Of a stretch of 60,000 bases of DNA, positions 25,424 through 37,430 are shown piece after piece. This DNA is from Malacoraja senta (taxonomy: Eukaryota): contig CM075990.1 in assembly GCA_038087875.1 (NCBI GenBank), positions 9,364,001 through 9,424,000 on the forward strand. Direction: 5' to 3'. A model generated the notes under the pieces. The model saw nothing but the letters and a program-made list of their open reading frames with translations. It ran no database searches and was not told the DNA's origin. How positions within the stretch are numbered: the first letter of the stretch is position 1; every line of letters begins with the position of its first letter. A program made the translations under genes and the position numbers.

Positions 25424-26456
25424 ATTTGGAATTTAGATGTAAAAAGTTACTGATGTAAGTCCAGGGCTCCTATGTACCAGTTGTGAAGATGTAAACATAA
25501 CCAGAGCTGTTTTGGATACCATTTAATCATGGCAATAAATGCAAAGTTGTTGTTGATTGTTTGGCATTTACAATATATTTTCTTTCTGTTGACAAACTCG
25601 TAGATCTTATTTTAAGTTGCCATAGTTAATGCAACAACTGGATGTTGCTGACATTAAGTAAAGCTTTTTCCGCAGCTTATTAATTATCAGGAAATTATCT
25701 CCACTGAATAAGCTCCATGCTGTTATGTGCAATACTACCAAATTAATGCACAGTATAAACCCTTTGAAAGACATTATATAAAACTGTAAATAAATGGATA
25801 AACTATTGTAATTTTCAATAAAAACATCCCAGTCTGAATACATGTATGAAATTTTCCATTACTTGCGGCAAAAAATACTTTACTTATGTTCATATCCTGC
25901 AATTTATTTTCACAAAATACAATTGTGAATTACAAAAGCAATTTCAGCACGTAAATATCTAAGTAGTAAAATAAGGATTAACTATCCTAGAGTTTACAGT
26001 GACTTAATGTGAACTCCAATCCCAAAATACAGGAGCTGCCATGGCTTGCTGAATTACATTTTTTCCCATTCCTATCCACAATTTCTCCAAACAGTGGCAT
26101 GTACCTGAGATATAATTGATTTGTCTCCGGGAATTTATTCTCTCCATATATTTCATAAAACACAATTAAATTTCTACCCCATCTCTCCTGTATTTTACAA
26201 ACTACTGTAAAATAGTATAGTATTGTTCAGTACTGTACGACAATACACTATGGTATAAATATTACTGTATTGTAGAGTTGTACCGTCCTGTACAACTACA
26301 GAAAATCAGAGCAATGGCATTACCGGCTGTTGTTAACATCAAGCATAATTCCAAATCCAGATCTCTAAACTTGTGTGGAATTGCTAGAATGTTTCAATAA
26401 GGTACAGGTAGGTTTCCGGAAATTACTTTTTTATGATCTTAATTTCCCATCATTCC

Positions 26457-26824
26457 TTATTACAAACATAGGGTGCAACAAAATGTTGAAAATAAATGGT
26501 TCAGGACCTGGTGAGGGGTGAGTAAAGATATGAAGTAGGTACATCCCTTTTATCTTGTCTTATCTTATCTTACTTTTCTTTCTTTCTCTTTCTTTTGTTT
26601 TTTTTTTGTTTAACTCTTTCTTGTGGTTTAGGTCCCTACGGGTTTCCCTGGACCACTCTTTCACTCACTCACTATCTCTGCTAACTCTCTCTATCTTTTT
26701 TCTTATTAAAGTTTAAAATATGAAGTGGTACAAGAAATGTATGATTTTATGTTTGTTTGAGATCACTGCACTGTACAATACTTCTAATTTAAAAAAAAAA
26801 AAAATTTTAAAAAAAATTAAAAAA
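26457..26824 (+). mobile_element. Short poly(A)-tailed retro-insertion (probably an L1/Tx1 3' end)
   Basis: A-rich tail at 26791-26824; TSD ttcccatcattcc at 26444-26456 and 26825-26837. Confidence 0.65.
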
Positions 26825-27792
26825 TTCCCATCATTCCATCAACAATTAAAGGTATGGCAGTAATTGCAAAGTTTCAATTTGGTTATTTTTAAAATTCGAC
26901 AAAAAAGCATTTCATTAAATGATTCTTTACTATATTTTAAATACATCATTTTATCTATTCAGACATGGTAAATGAGTCCATATTCTTCACAACAACCTTT
27001 AAGTCCTTAAATTCTGAAATGAATCTCACATCAGCAAAACAAATATACAATTCTCAACATAAATTCCTCCATGCCAAAACAAAAACTAATCGTCTATTAA
27101 GATAAATATCAGAAAAAAGAATTTTCAATGGGCATGTTCATTTGTACGTGCTCGCAGATCCTAATTTCAGAGCTAGCCCTGGCTGATAATCCTACATTGC
27201 AATATCCACAAAAATATATAGCAAATGCATAACAATAAACTGCTAATGTTACCTTAGGCAAGGCCTGATGTTTCTTCATTTGGCCTTCAGTTTAATTTTC
27301 ATTCTTGAAATTCTACTTTTTGCTGCCTGCAGCTCAGACATTAAGTACACTTTTTTTTTTTTAACTATTAATGAAACAACGGTTTTGGTTTGGTTTAATT
27401 GGATTATATTGCTTTGAATGCTTTAAAAATATTTACAATAATAAGTAGGAATGTGACTTGGAAGTCCTCCCTTAACATGATACAATTTTTTATCTCGGAC
27501 TCAATCATTTACAGCTAATACTATTATTTCTTGCTGCAGAGACAATTATAAATAATTGTTGACTGTGAATCCAACTAATGTTCTCCAAACTTAAAAAATA
27601 ACTATCGCAATCACCCAAAACATCTTGTAGAACAATATCGACATATGTTATCTAAAAATCTCCCCATTCACGTGGCAAAATGAGAAATAGCCCTATAATG
27701 GTCAGCTGTATGTATTTCATGGAATAGGCTAATTGCATATTCTTGGTGTCAAGTTTGAGCACCAGATATTAAACAAACAAGTAATAAAAATG

Positions 27793-28060
27793 GACTGCAG
27801 AAGCTGGTTTATGCCAAAGATTGACACAAATTGCTGGAGCAATTTAGCGGGTCAGGCAGCATCTCTGGAGAAAATAGATAGGTGACATTTCAGGTCGGGA
27901 TCCTTCTTCAGATTGACTGTAGTCAGGAGAGTGGTGGAAAAAAATTAAAAAGGGAGAAAAAAACAGGACAAATCGGGGCCAGCAACAGATGATTTGTTGC
28001 ATCTGTTGCCAAGGAGGCTCCCAGATAGGTTGCCTGTTGGCTATAGACAGGTAGGTGTGA
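27793..28060 (-). mobile_element. Penelope 3'/pLTR fragment with degenerate hammerhead motif
   Basis: Minus strand ctgaagaaggatcccgacctgaaatgtcacc. Confidence 0.7.
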
Positions 28061-30074
28061 GCTTTAATAAACTGAAACCTTGCATGGAACCTTTTGTAGA
28101 AATATGTTTTTTGAGACAAGGAATACAGCACCTTTTTTTTAAGGCAGGAACATTTCACTTGGTAATGCATATGTCAAATGGTGGAAGTTTTCAGGTACAG
28201 CAATATAACTTTACTAACAAGGCCATTAAAATGAAAATTTTAAAAAGGAACCTGGCAACAGATCTCGCCTCCAGTTTAAATTCCATTTGGAATATTTTGG
28301 AGGACCAGGAAACCAAGAAACCAAGAAAAACAGATATGATTCTGTTCATGCAAGATACAATCAATTAAAATCTTGTTCACCTCTTAGTTTGGGAAAATCT
28401 GCCAGCCAATATCTTCTAATGCTTGCTCACACTGTTTCTTCCAGATGCCGTCTTCCAAGAGGAAACAGATCAAAGGTTATTTGAGTGCGCCAAGTCAGAC
28501 CTGTGCGGCTCTTGGTCCTTCCCAATGTCAGTGGCCAGATGTGCTGAAAGAACAGCTTTTCCCATTGTAACTTTCAGCAAGGTAAAGGCTTTCTTGTACT
28601 TAGTGAGAAGCTTGCTGAGTCAGATATATACACTGTTTTTAGATAGATTCAGATCGACTAAATTTTCCACTCTTGAAACAGAATAGGGATGGCAGTTCAA
28701 CAAGTTACCAATGGCATTAAGAAATGAAAATGGTTACATTGGTCTCAGAACAATACAAAAACACCAATGATATCATGCATTTTATTTGCTAATTCTAAGT
28801 GCCTCTGTATAAAGATAGGTGAACTGGAAGATTAACTACTTCTGCAGATGCTGCTTAACTTGTTGATTATATCATCACTTTCAGTTTGTAGTTTGTGCAC
28901 ATTTCTCCTAATATACTATATTTAGTTTAGTGTGAGAGTGACCATGGCAGGTCATTGTTAATGATACTATGTTGTCACCTAATATAATTATTCCTGTCAT
29001 ATTTTATTTGGCTAATTTTGCCTGCTAACCATAAAGCATTTGATCACTGAATGGGCTCTAGCCATTCTCAAAGATTCCTGTCACTGTTACTCTGTTACAT
29101 ATTTTAAATAGTTAATGACAACAATTGGCACAATCTCCTGTATAAAGCATTCCTCGAGATCTTATAGATACTGTACCTTCTACCACTGCCTCGGGATAAA
29201 GCCCTATTTTCTTAAATCATTATAGAGACAGGCTATTACCATGTCAGCAAATACTAGCTGCTCCTGTTTTAGAATGACAAGAAGGATTGAGCTGCTATAA
29301 TATGGTGCAATGGGGTAATGAGCCTTTGTAACAACCACCTCTGCAGCCATTTTATTGCAGCATGTCTTTGACAGAGTACTTAAATCATGAGGCTGCCTGG
29401 ACGGTAGAGCTCACAATTGTCAGCCATGATGCATGGATAGCATTTACTGCTGCTTACCACAATGCATTGCTACAATGGAAAAAATACATCATAATATTTA
29501 GTAAGCTATCAAAGTGTTGGAATTAGAAAGCTAACAAGGAAATTAGCTATTATTTTAAAATGTAAGTCAAATAGAGCATTTGTTTTCAGATAAAGTAAAA
29601 TGAAATTATTTTATCACGCTCTGCTGTGCATGCCACAGTGAGAGGAAAAGATGAGATAATGATGTGCTAAAGAAGAGCTGGCTCGAATCCCAAAGACAGC
29701 CACAATGACAGACAATTCATTCAGCACAGCTGGAAGAGAATTTCCAATTACATCAGAGGAAACAGTCAAATATAGTATAAGGACAAAGACAGGAAGCACA
29801 TCATAATAAAAAGGACTATTGATATATTTCAAGCCATTGTCAGCGATCTATATAGCCATCCAGTAATGTACAAAGGCACCATTATTCAGATTTAGTGTGC
29901 ATTTGCATATGATAATAAGATTGTTCTTGCATGAACAGAGCATGGTTTTCATATATATGTTGGTGTAAATTAGGCTCACTTTGTGCCAAGTTGGAAATCT
30001 GTTTATAGATGAATCAGATACTCTTTACCTGAAGTGTTTATCTTATTATAAAGCTTATTTTTTCCTTTAATTCA

Positions 30075-30365
30075 CTCCTTTTCGGCCAGCAGTCCGACCG
30101 TGATCCATGCATCAACAACAAAAAAACATCAGCTGTTTCCTTTATGGTTACTTTTTTGCATATCTTCCATTCATTTGTTCTATTTCGCACCACATCATCA
30201 TCTACATGTCTCGTTTCCCTTTCCCCGACTCTCATTCTGAAGAAGGGTCTCAACCCTTCACGTCACCTATTCCTTTTCTCCAGAGAAGCTATCTGACCTG
30301 CTGAGTTACTCCAGCTTTTTGTGTCTATCTTCAGTTTAAACCAGCATTTGCAGTTCCTTCCTTCA
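30075..30365 (+). mobile_element. Penelope 3'/pLTR fragment
   Basis: ctgaagaagggtctcaaccc...gtcacc...ctgctgagttactccagc. Confidence 0.7.
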
Positions 30366-31095
30366 CAAACAAGTTAAAATTTATACTCAAGCCTTCAAGC
30401 ATTAGATTTTAGAATCCACCAGAATAATTGTCATGATGGATGAAAGTGGTGGTTAATAGCAAATGCTCATGACAAAAGAAATTTATCTGCAGCTATATTA
30501 AGAAAATATTTTCAGGTCATGAACATTGTCATTTAAGAGATATTTCTTCATTTCTCAAACAATTAATTTTGAGGTGATTTCATCAAACAATGGAAGAATG
30601 CTACGCTGAATAGTGTACCAGAAGTGAATAAACTATGCATATGCTTGGTAAGACAACTCCTCTGCCAAAGACAGCAATAAATTATAGAGCAGTGGATGCA
30701 GAATCAAGTTTATTGTGAAAACCAGCCTTTCCTACGCGCCCCCATTGACATTTCACATTGCCTCAGGAAAGCAGCAAACATAATCAAGGACCATTTATAC
30801 CCTGGTCATTCTCTCCCTCTTCTCGCTCTCTCCCATTCGATAAATAATACAAAAACCTGAAAGTACGTGCAACCAGATTCAAGAAGAATTTATTTCCTGC
30901 TGTTACCAGTCTTGAGCAGAACTCTCACATGCTATGGATGTATACCATATCATCCAATCTACCTCCTTGGGCCCTTGTACCTTTTAGCTGTACTTTCTCT
31001 GTAGCTGTAATGCTATATTCTGCACTTTATTTTCCCTATGCACTAATTTATACTATGTTTCACTGATTGCATGCTTTTCATAATCCATCTATATA

Positions 31096-32735
31096 CAGAG
31101 CCCTCCATAATGTTTGGGATGAAGACCCATCATTTATTTATTTGCCTCTGTACTCCACAATTTGAGATTTGTAATAGAAAAAAATCACATGTGGTTAAAC
31201 TGCACATTGTCAGATTTTAATAAAGGGTATTTTTATACATTTTGGTTTCACCATGTATATACAGTATTACAGCAGTGTTTAAACATAGTCCCCCCCATTT
31301 CAGGGCACCATAATGTTTGGGACACAGCGATGTAATGTAAATGAAAGTAGTCATATTTAGTATGTTGTTGCATATCCTTTGCATGCAATGACTGCTTGAA
31401 GGCTGCCAATCATGGACATCACCAGTTGCTGGGTGTCTTCTCTGGTGATGCTCTGCCAGGCCTGTATTGCAGCCATCTTTAGCTTATGCTTGTTTTGGGA
31501 GCAAGTCCCCTTCAGTCTTCTCTTCAGCACATAAAAGGCATGTTCAATTGGGTTCAGATCGGGTGATTGACGTGACCACTCAGAAATTGGCCATTTTTGA
31601 GCTTTGAAAAACTCCTTTGTTGCTTTAGCAGTATGTTTGGGATCATTGTCTTGCTGTAGAATGAACTGCCGGCCAATGAGTTTTGAGGCATTTGTTTGAA
31701 ATTGAGCAGATAGTATGTGTCCAAACACTTCAGAATTAATTACGCTCCTACCATCAGTCGTTGTATCATCAATGAAGATAAGTGAGCCAGTACCTTCAGC
31801 CGCCATACATGCCCAGGCCATCACACCCCCACCACCGTGTTTCACAGATGAGGTGGTATGCTTTGGATCTTGGAGAGTTCCTTCTCTCCTCCATACTTTG
31901 CTCTTGCCATCACTCCGATATAAGTTAATCTTCGTCTCATCTGTCCACAAGACATTTTTCCAGAACTGTGGTTGTTCTTTTAAGTACTTCTTGGCAAACT
32001 GTAACCTGGCCATCCTATTTTTGCAGCTAACCAATGGTTTGCATCTTGCAGTGTATTTCTGTTCATGAAGGTCTTCTGCAGACAGTGGTCATTGACAAAT
32101 CCACACCTGACTCCTGAAGAGTGTTTCTGATCTGTCGGACAGGTGTTTGGGGCTTTTTCTTTATTATAGAGAGAATTCTTCAGCCATCAGCTGTGGAGAT
32201 CTTCCTTGGCCTGCTAGTCCCTTTGTGATAAGTAAGCTCACCAGTGCTCTCTTTCTTCTTAATGATATTCCAAACAGTTGATTTTGGTAAGGCTGGTGCC
32301 TCTAACAGTCTTATTCTTGATTCTCAGTCTCATAATGGCTTCTTTGACTTTCATTGGCACAACTTTGGTCCTCGTGTTGATAAACAGGAATAAACGTTTC
32401 CAAAGGTGATGGAAAGAATGGAAGAAAGACTAGGTGCTGAGAGCTCTCTTATACCTGCATTAAGGAGGCAATTACACACACCTGAGCAATTACAAACACC
32501 TGTGAAGCCATGTATCCCAAACATTATGGTGCCCTGAAATGGGGGGACCATGTATAAACACAGTTGTAATTTCTACATGGTGAAACCAAAATGCATAAAA
32601 ATGGCCTTTAATATAAATCTGACAATGTGCACTTGAACCACATGTAATTTTTTCTATTACATATCTCAAATTATGGAGTACAGAGGCAAATAAATAAATG
32701 ATGGGTCTTTGTCCCAAACATTACGGAGAGCACTG
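31096..32735 (-). mobile_element. Full-length Tc1 DNA transposon, IR/DR type (1640 bp)
   Basis: ~230-bp TIRs with ccataatgtttggga-like direct repeats at both ends of each TIR; TA TSD at 31094-31095 and 32736-32737. Confidence 0.95.
31357..32370 (-). pseudogene. Tc1 DD34E transposase; catalytic domain open (31357-32034), N-terminal part disrupted
   Basis: WTDETK, KHGGG, QQDNDPKH and SPDLNPIE with 34 residues between D and E; the 5' boundary is approximate. Confidence 0.88.
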
Positions 32736-33135
32736 TACCTTTTCCTCCATTACTCATTTAGGAGGCCGAGAGTATAATCCCAACAGAGTAATTGCACCTT
32801 TCTTACTCTGGAGCTCTATCAATATTGCCTCAGTAGTTTAACCCTCCAGTATTCCCCCTCTATGTTCAGTGGTGACATGCTACCTGATCAGTAATGTTAA
32901 GCCTCCACCTCTTTTACCTCTCTCTATCACATCAGAAACATCAAAATCGTGAACGGCGACCACACATTTCACTGTACCAATTGGTACATGTGACAAATAA
33001 ATGTATCTTGTATCTTGTAGTCTTGTCCCTCTCACAACTAAGTGTCTGTAATGGCCACAACATCACAGTTTCATGCATTGATTCAAACTTCAGGTTTATC
33101 TGCTTTTCAATATGCTTGCACTGAAATAAACAAAC

Positions 33136-33446
33136 TTTAGTTCAGTTTAACGATACTGTGCAGAAACAGGCCCTTCGGCCCACCAAGTCCACACAGACCA
33201 GTGATCCACGCACACTAACACTATCCTACATACACTAGGGACAGTTTACATTTATACCAAGCCAATTAACCTACAAACCTGTATGTTTTTGGAGTGTGGG
33301 AGGAAACTGAAGATCTCGTAGAAAACCCACGAGGTCACGGGGAGAACATACAAACTCCGTACAGCCAGCACCCATTGGCGGCTTCGAACCCGGGTCTCTG
33401 GTGCTGTATGCGCTTGTAAGGCAGCAACTCTTCCACTGCGCCACCC
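33136..33446 (-). mobile_element. tRNA-derived SINE (HE1/V-SINE type)
   Basis: B box gggttcgaagcc on the minus strand; CR1-type tail ggccgaagggcctgtttc. Confidence 0.75.
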
Positions 33447-35888
33447 AATTTAGTCCATCAGTCTCACCATGTGGTCCCTTCCTATCCTTCCTTCCAAACT
33501 TAATTGTCCTAACCTCTACCATCCCGTCAATCCCTCTACTTGATGGCCTGCTGCTCTGGTTCCAATCCACCTTTCATTCCAGTTTAAACCCTCCCATGCA
33601 GCACCAGCAAACCCCTGCAAGGATATTGGTTCTCCTCCAGTTCAAGTGCAACCTGTCTCTCTAGTAATGGTTCCACCTGCCCAGAAGAGAACACAATCAT
33701 CCATCTGTCTGAATCACTCTCTCCAGCACCAGCTCCTTAGGCACATGTTCAACTGCACTACCTTTCTATTTCTTCTGTTCCCATTACTTGATATGTGGAT
33801 TTTTTGTGTAAAATTTTGGTCACAAAAGCCGACATATATTCAATACTATTAAAGTGACAATATAGAAGTCAGTTAACTTATTGTGGAGAAAAACACTACA
33901 TTAAAGTCTATATTTATTCCCAATCAACACAATCCTGCATTGCTGAAACCAATAATCCTATCCTTGTAATGTTTATATTACTCCAAACCCAGTGTTTTTT
34001 ATCTCATGGTACATCAAGGAATACTGCTTCATCATGTGATGGCTTTCATAATTTACTTACTATACAAAATAGAAAGCAATTGAACGTTTTACACGGTTAA
34101 ACAATACATACCTATCAATGGAATTCTAAACAAGAGAAATCATTCAAGTTGTCAGAGTGAAGAAAAGTTAAAGAGGTGATTTAAAAAAATCAATGTCACA
34201 AAGGTAAAGCTTTCAATGGATTCAGTGGGGAAGCTTTATTAATGTTCAACATTGTGTGGCAGTTTCCACTCTAATTTACATGGTGTAAAGCTTTGAAAGC
34301 TATTCAAAACCATTTTATGAAAGATTTATATACTTTGTGAGATATTTGCGTCCTTTGTTTAAAAATTGTTAAAATGGAAATGTCATTTGGTTACTGTATG
34401 AGTGATGGAACCAGATAAAAGCACTACACCATCAACACAATATCAATAAATCCTACTTGGATTTATATATTCTACATATTACTCACATAGGTTATCAACA
34501 GCTGAGGAAAATCGCACAATGCAGAAGGAGGTTTGCCCACACAGCTCCAGTGTTAGGACAAGGAACCTTCTATGCCAAAGTGAAGCTACATATTTATTCT
34601 GTGGAATTCTTCTGGCTTTGTTCCCAAATATGATATCTCCTGCAATCTCTGCAAATTTTAATACTGTAAATTTAACTGCATCACTACCTCTCCTCCATCA
34701 CTTAGGTTTGCGTGTTGATTAGTGTTTGGTTGAACTCCAGTTGCCCAGTCATAGCCACAAGACTCCCAGCAGTGCCATGACTTCAGCTCTACATATTATT
34801 TCTGGAGTCATCTAAACATTTACATCCTTGGCTATGATTAACCATCTTCATATCTCCTCATTTGACCCAATATTGACATATCTAATTATGCTCATTTGAC
34901 ATGAAGACAGTTAAAATACAATTTTTTCCACAGAATATCCCTCTATTAGGATAATGCAGTTGGCTTACCATAGGCATTTTCAAAAATAAATTTCAGGAAA
35001 CAGTGATAACTAACCTGGGATGCATTGATCAGTGAATAAACAAAATACCATATGTATATATCCTTCCCAGGTTACAAACACCAAACTTATGGAAAGCCCA
35101 TACATGCATTTGAGCATTTGGGAGATCGGCAGAAGGATTTGCTGCTGCTGCGGGACTGTAGGCATCTTCTGCAATGTGGGAACTTGGTTCATGGCAATAT
35201 CGTTGCAGTTTGCTGAGAAATCTGAATTGATGAGTTAAATACCTTGGTTTAACTACACATCACCCTTGGTTGGTCTATAATGTTGTTTAAATATATTGCT
35301 AGGTGGCCGCATTTCCTATTTGTGGAATATTTGGGCTCTGAACAGTTCCCAGGAATAGAACCATGATGTAACCTATGGATGGCTTGTACATTATCGATGT
35401 ATAAATCTAACAATTTTAAATATGAAAAGTTAATTTCAAAATAATATATCCAATATCCCAAGCTGCCACAATTAAACTAAATGAGGACTACATGACACCT
35501 GGACAACAGATCAATACTTCGATCGCCACTGAATCCAAAAATGATTGAATGGTTCATTACTTGATTCATAAATCCATGCCATGTACCATTAGAGCTTTAT
35601 AGGTGATAATACATGACTACTTTTTTCTTCAAAATTTTCAAAACAAATGTGAATGCTCATTATTTTAAAGCAAGAATGCTACATTGCTGCCATTTGAACT
35701 AGGAGGCATTGGATTAGAAGTTTAGAGAAGATACAGCTTGAGCTCGTTCATCAACTCCAGTCGAAATAGCACCTTACACTGAATGAACGCGAGGAAGGAA
35801 TAGAAAAAATACTACTGCAAGTGATCATGTTTTTCAATGTAGTCACTGAATGGAATATATCTGTAAGAGAAGGCAATGTATACAGTTC

Positions 35889-36742
35889 TATCTGAGCAGG
35901 ACCAAACTGAAGTATGCCCCCACTCCAACCTACCTCGGAGTGACCCTTGACAGGACCCTATCCTTCAAGGAACATCTCAAAAGAACAGCAGCTAAGGTGA
36001 AGTCCAGAAACAATCTCCTCAGTAAGCTTGTTGGCACAAAGTGGGGGGCAGCAGCCCCCACACTGCGCATTTCAGCACTAGCCCTTGCATTTTCTTCAGC
36101 CGAATATTGCGCCCCTGTTTGGTCCAGGTCATCCCACACACACCATGTGGACACCCAATTGAACTCAACAATGAGGATCATCACAGGAACAATCCGCTCA
36201 GCACCACTCCCCTGGCTCCCTGTCCTATCCAATATAGCCCCTCCACACATCCGGCGAGTAGCCCTCACTCAAAGGATGCTCCAAAAGACCAAAAACTCCC
36301 CTCATCTGCCAATTCACATGGACATCTTCAACCCACCCACTGCTCGACTTCCATCTAGACGACCAATTTGGAAGAACCCACCAGCAGCTGATTTCACCAC
36401 CCAATCAGCTTGGAAAAAGGAATGGGAGTCCAAGGACGTCCCAAATAAACATCTGGTGTCAGACCCAACCCTACCGGTCCCTGGCACCAATCTCCCAAGG
36501 AAGCAGTGGACGACGCTGAATAGATTCAGGACTAGACATGGCCCCTGCTTGGCCAGCCTTCACAAATGGGGCAGCAGCCCAACCCCACGGTGTGCTTGTG
36601 GAGAGCAGCAAACAATGCAACACATCATTAAAGCATGCCCTCAAAAAAGACTTAAAGGAGGACTTGTCACCCTTCATACAGCAGATCAAGAGGCAACTGC
36701 TTGGCTAAGGGACTTTGCATTCGCTAAATAAAATAAAATAAC
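35889..36742 (+). mobile_element. 5'-truncated Vingi/Ingi-like (I group) LINE with an uninterrupted ORF end and 40-bp TSD
   Basis: YLGVTLDRTLSF, AEYCAPVW, CACG-x6-H-x4-C; (TAAAA)n tail; TSD at 35849-35888 and 36743-36782. Confidence 0.85.
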
Positions 36743-37119
36743 AATGGAATATATCTGTAAGAGAAGGCAATGTATACAGTTCCTGAAAAAAAAGTGCAAT
36801 ATTACACAATGCACTTTCATCTCATCTAAAAGGCTACAGTAGCCTACCTCTGGCAATGTATAATTTGTATAAAAATGTTATACAAACTGTGCAGTACTCG
36901 TTATCAGATGAGAAACAACATCACTCTTAAAACAACAGAAACATTACATGCATCATCAATGCCACTGGCCTCATTGTTAATCCCGTCACCAAATTCAATT
37001 ATCAATCAAGTATGATTGTACTTAACAAATCTGCATTAACTCTTTATTAGTTCATGCTTGCTCAGAGACTATTCTCAATTATTTCTATTAAATATTATTA
37101 ATTATTATGTAACTTAATT

Positions 37120-37430
37120 CTGCAAACATCTCCCTCCCTCTTCCCCTCCTTCCTCCACTAAAAGTCCTTTAAACAATTCCACAATTCGCAATGATATCTC
37201 TCTCTTGGGCATACACCATCTCCAGCCAACAATTGGCCTACCATGAAAACACCATGGCTGAGGTCTTATGTTGCCGGCCGCGATTTGTCCTGTTCTTTTC
37301 TCACTTCCAGATTCTACCCCCCTACCCCTCACAATCAGTCTGAAGAAGGGTCCTGACCCAAAACGTCACCTATCCATTTTCCCCAGAGATGCTGCCTGAT
37401 CCGCTGAGCTACTCCAGCATTTTGTCTCCA
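37120..37430 (+). mobile_element. Penelope 3'/pLTR fragment with degenerate hammerhead motif
   Basis: cagtctgaagaagggtcctgacccaaaacgtcacc. Confidence 0.7.

Noticed and set aside
26210..26300. Two short hairpins (tattgt/acaata and agttgtac/gtacaact)
   Set aside because: Short AT-rich stems with no second copy or element boundaries; compatible with chance
27994..28686. ORFs of 65-124 aa in unique sequence, possible host exon
   Set aside because: No recognisable similarity; the minus-strand frames I read contain stops and lack convincing splice sites
35010..35238. Gln-containing minus-strand ORF as a possible host exon
   Set aside because: No similarity to CCSER2 that I can recognise, and weak splice signals
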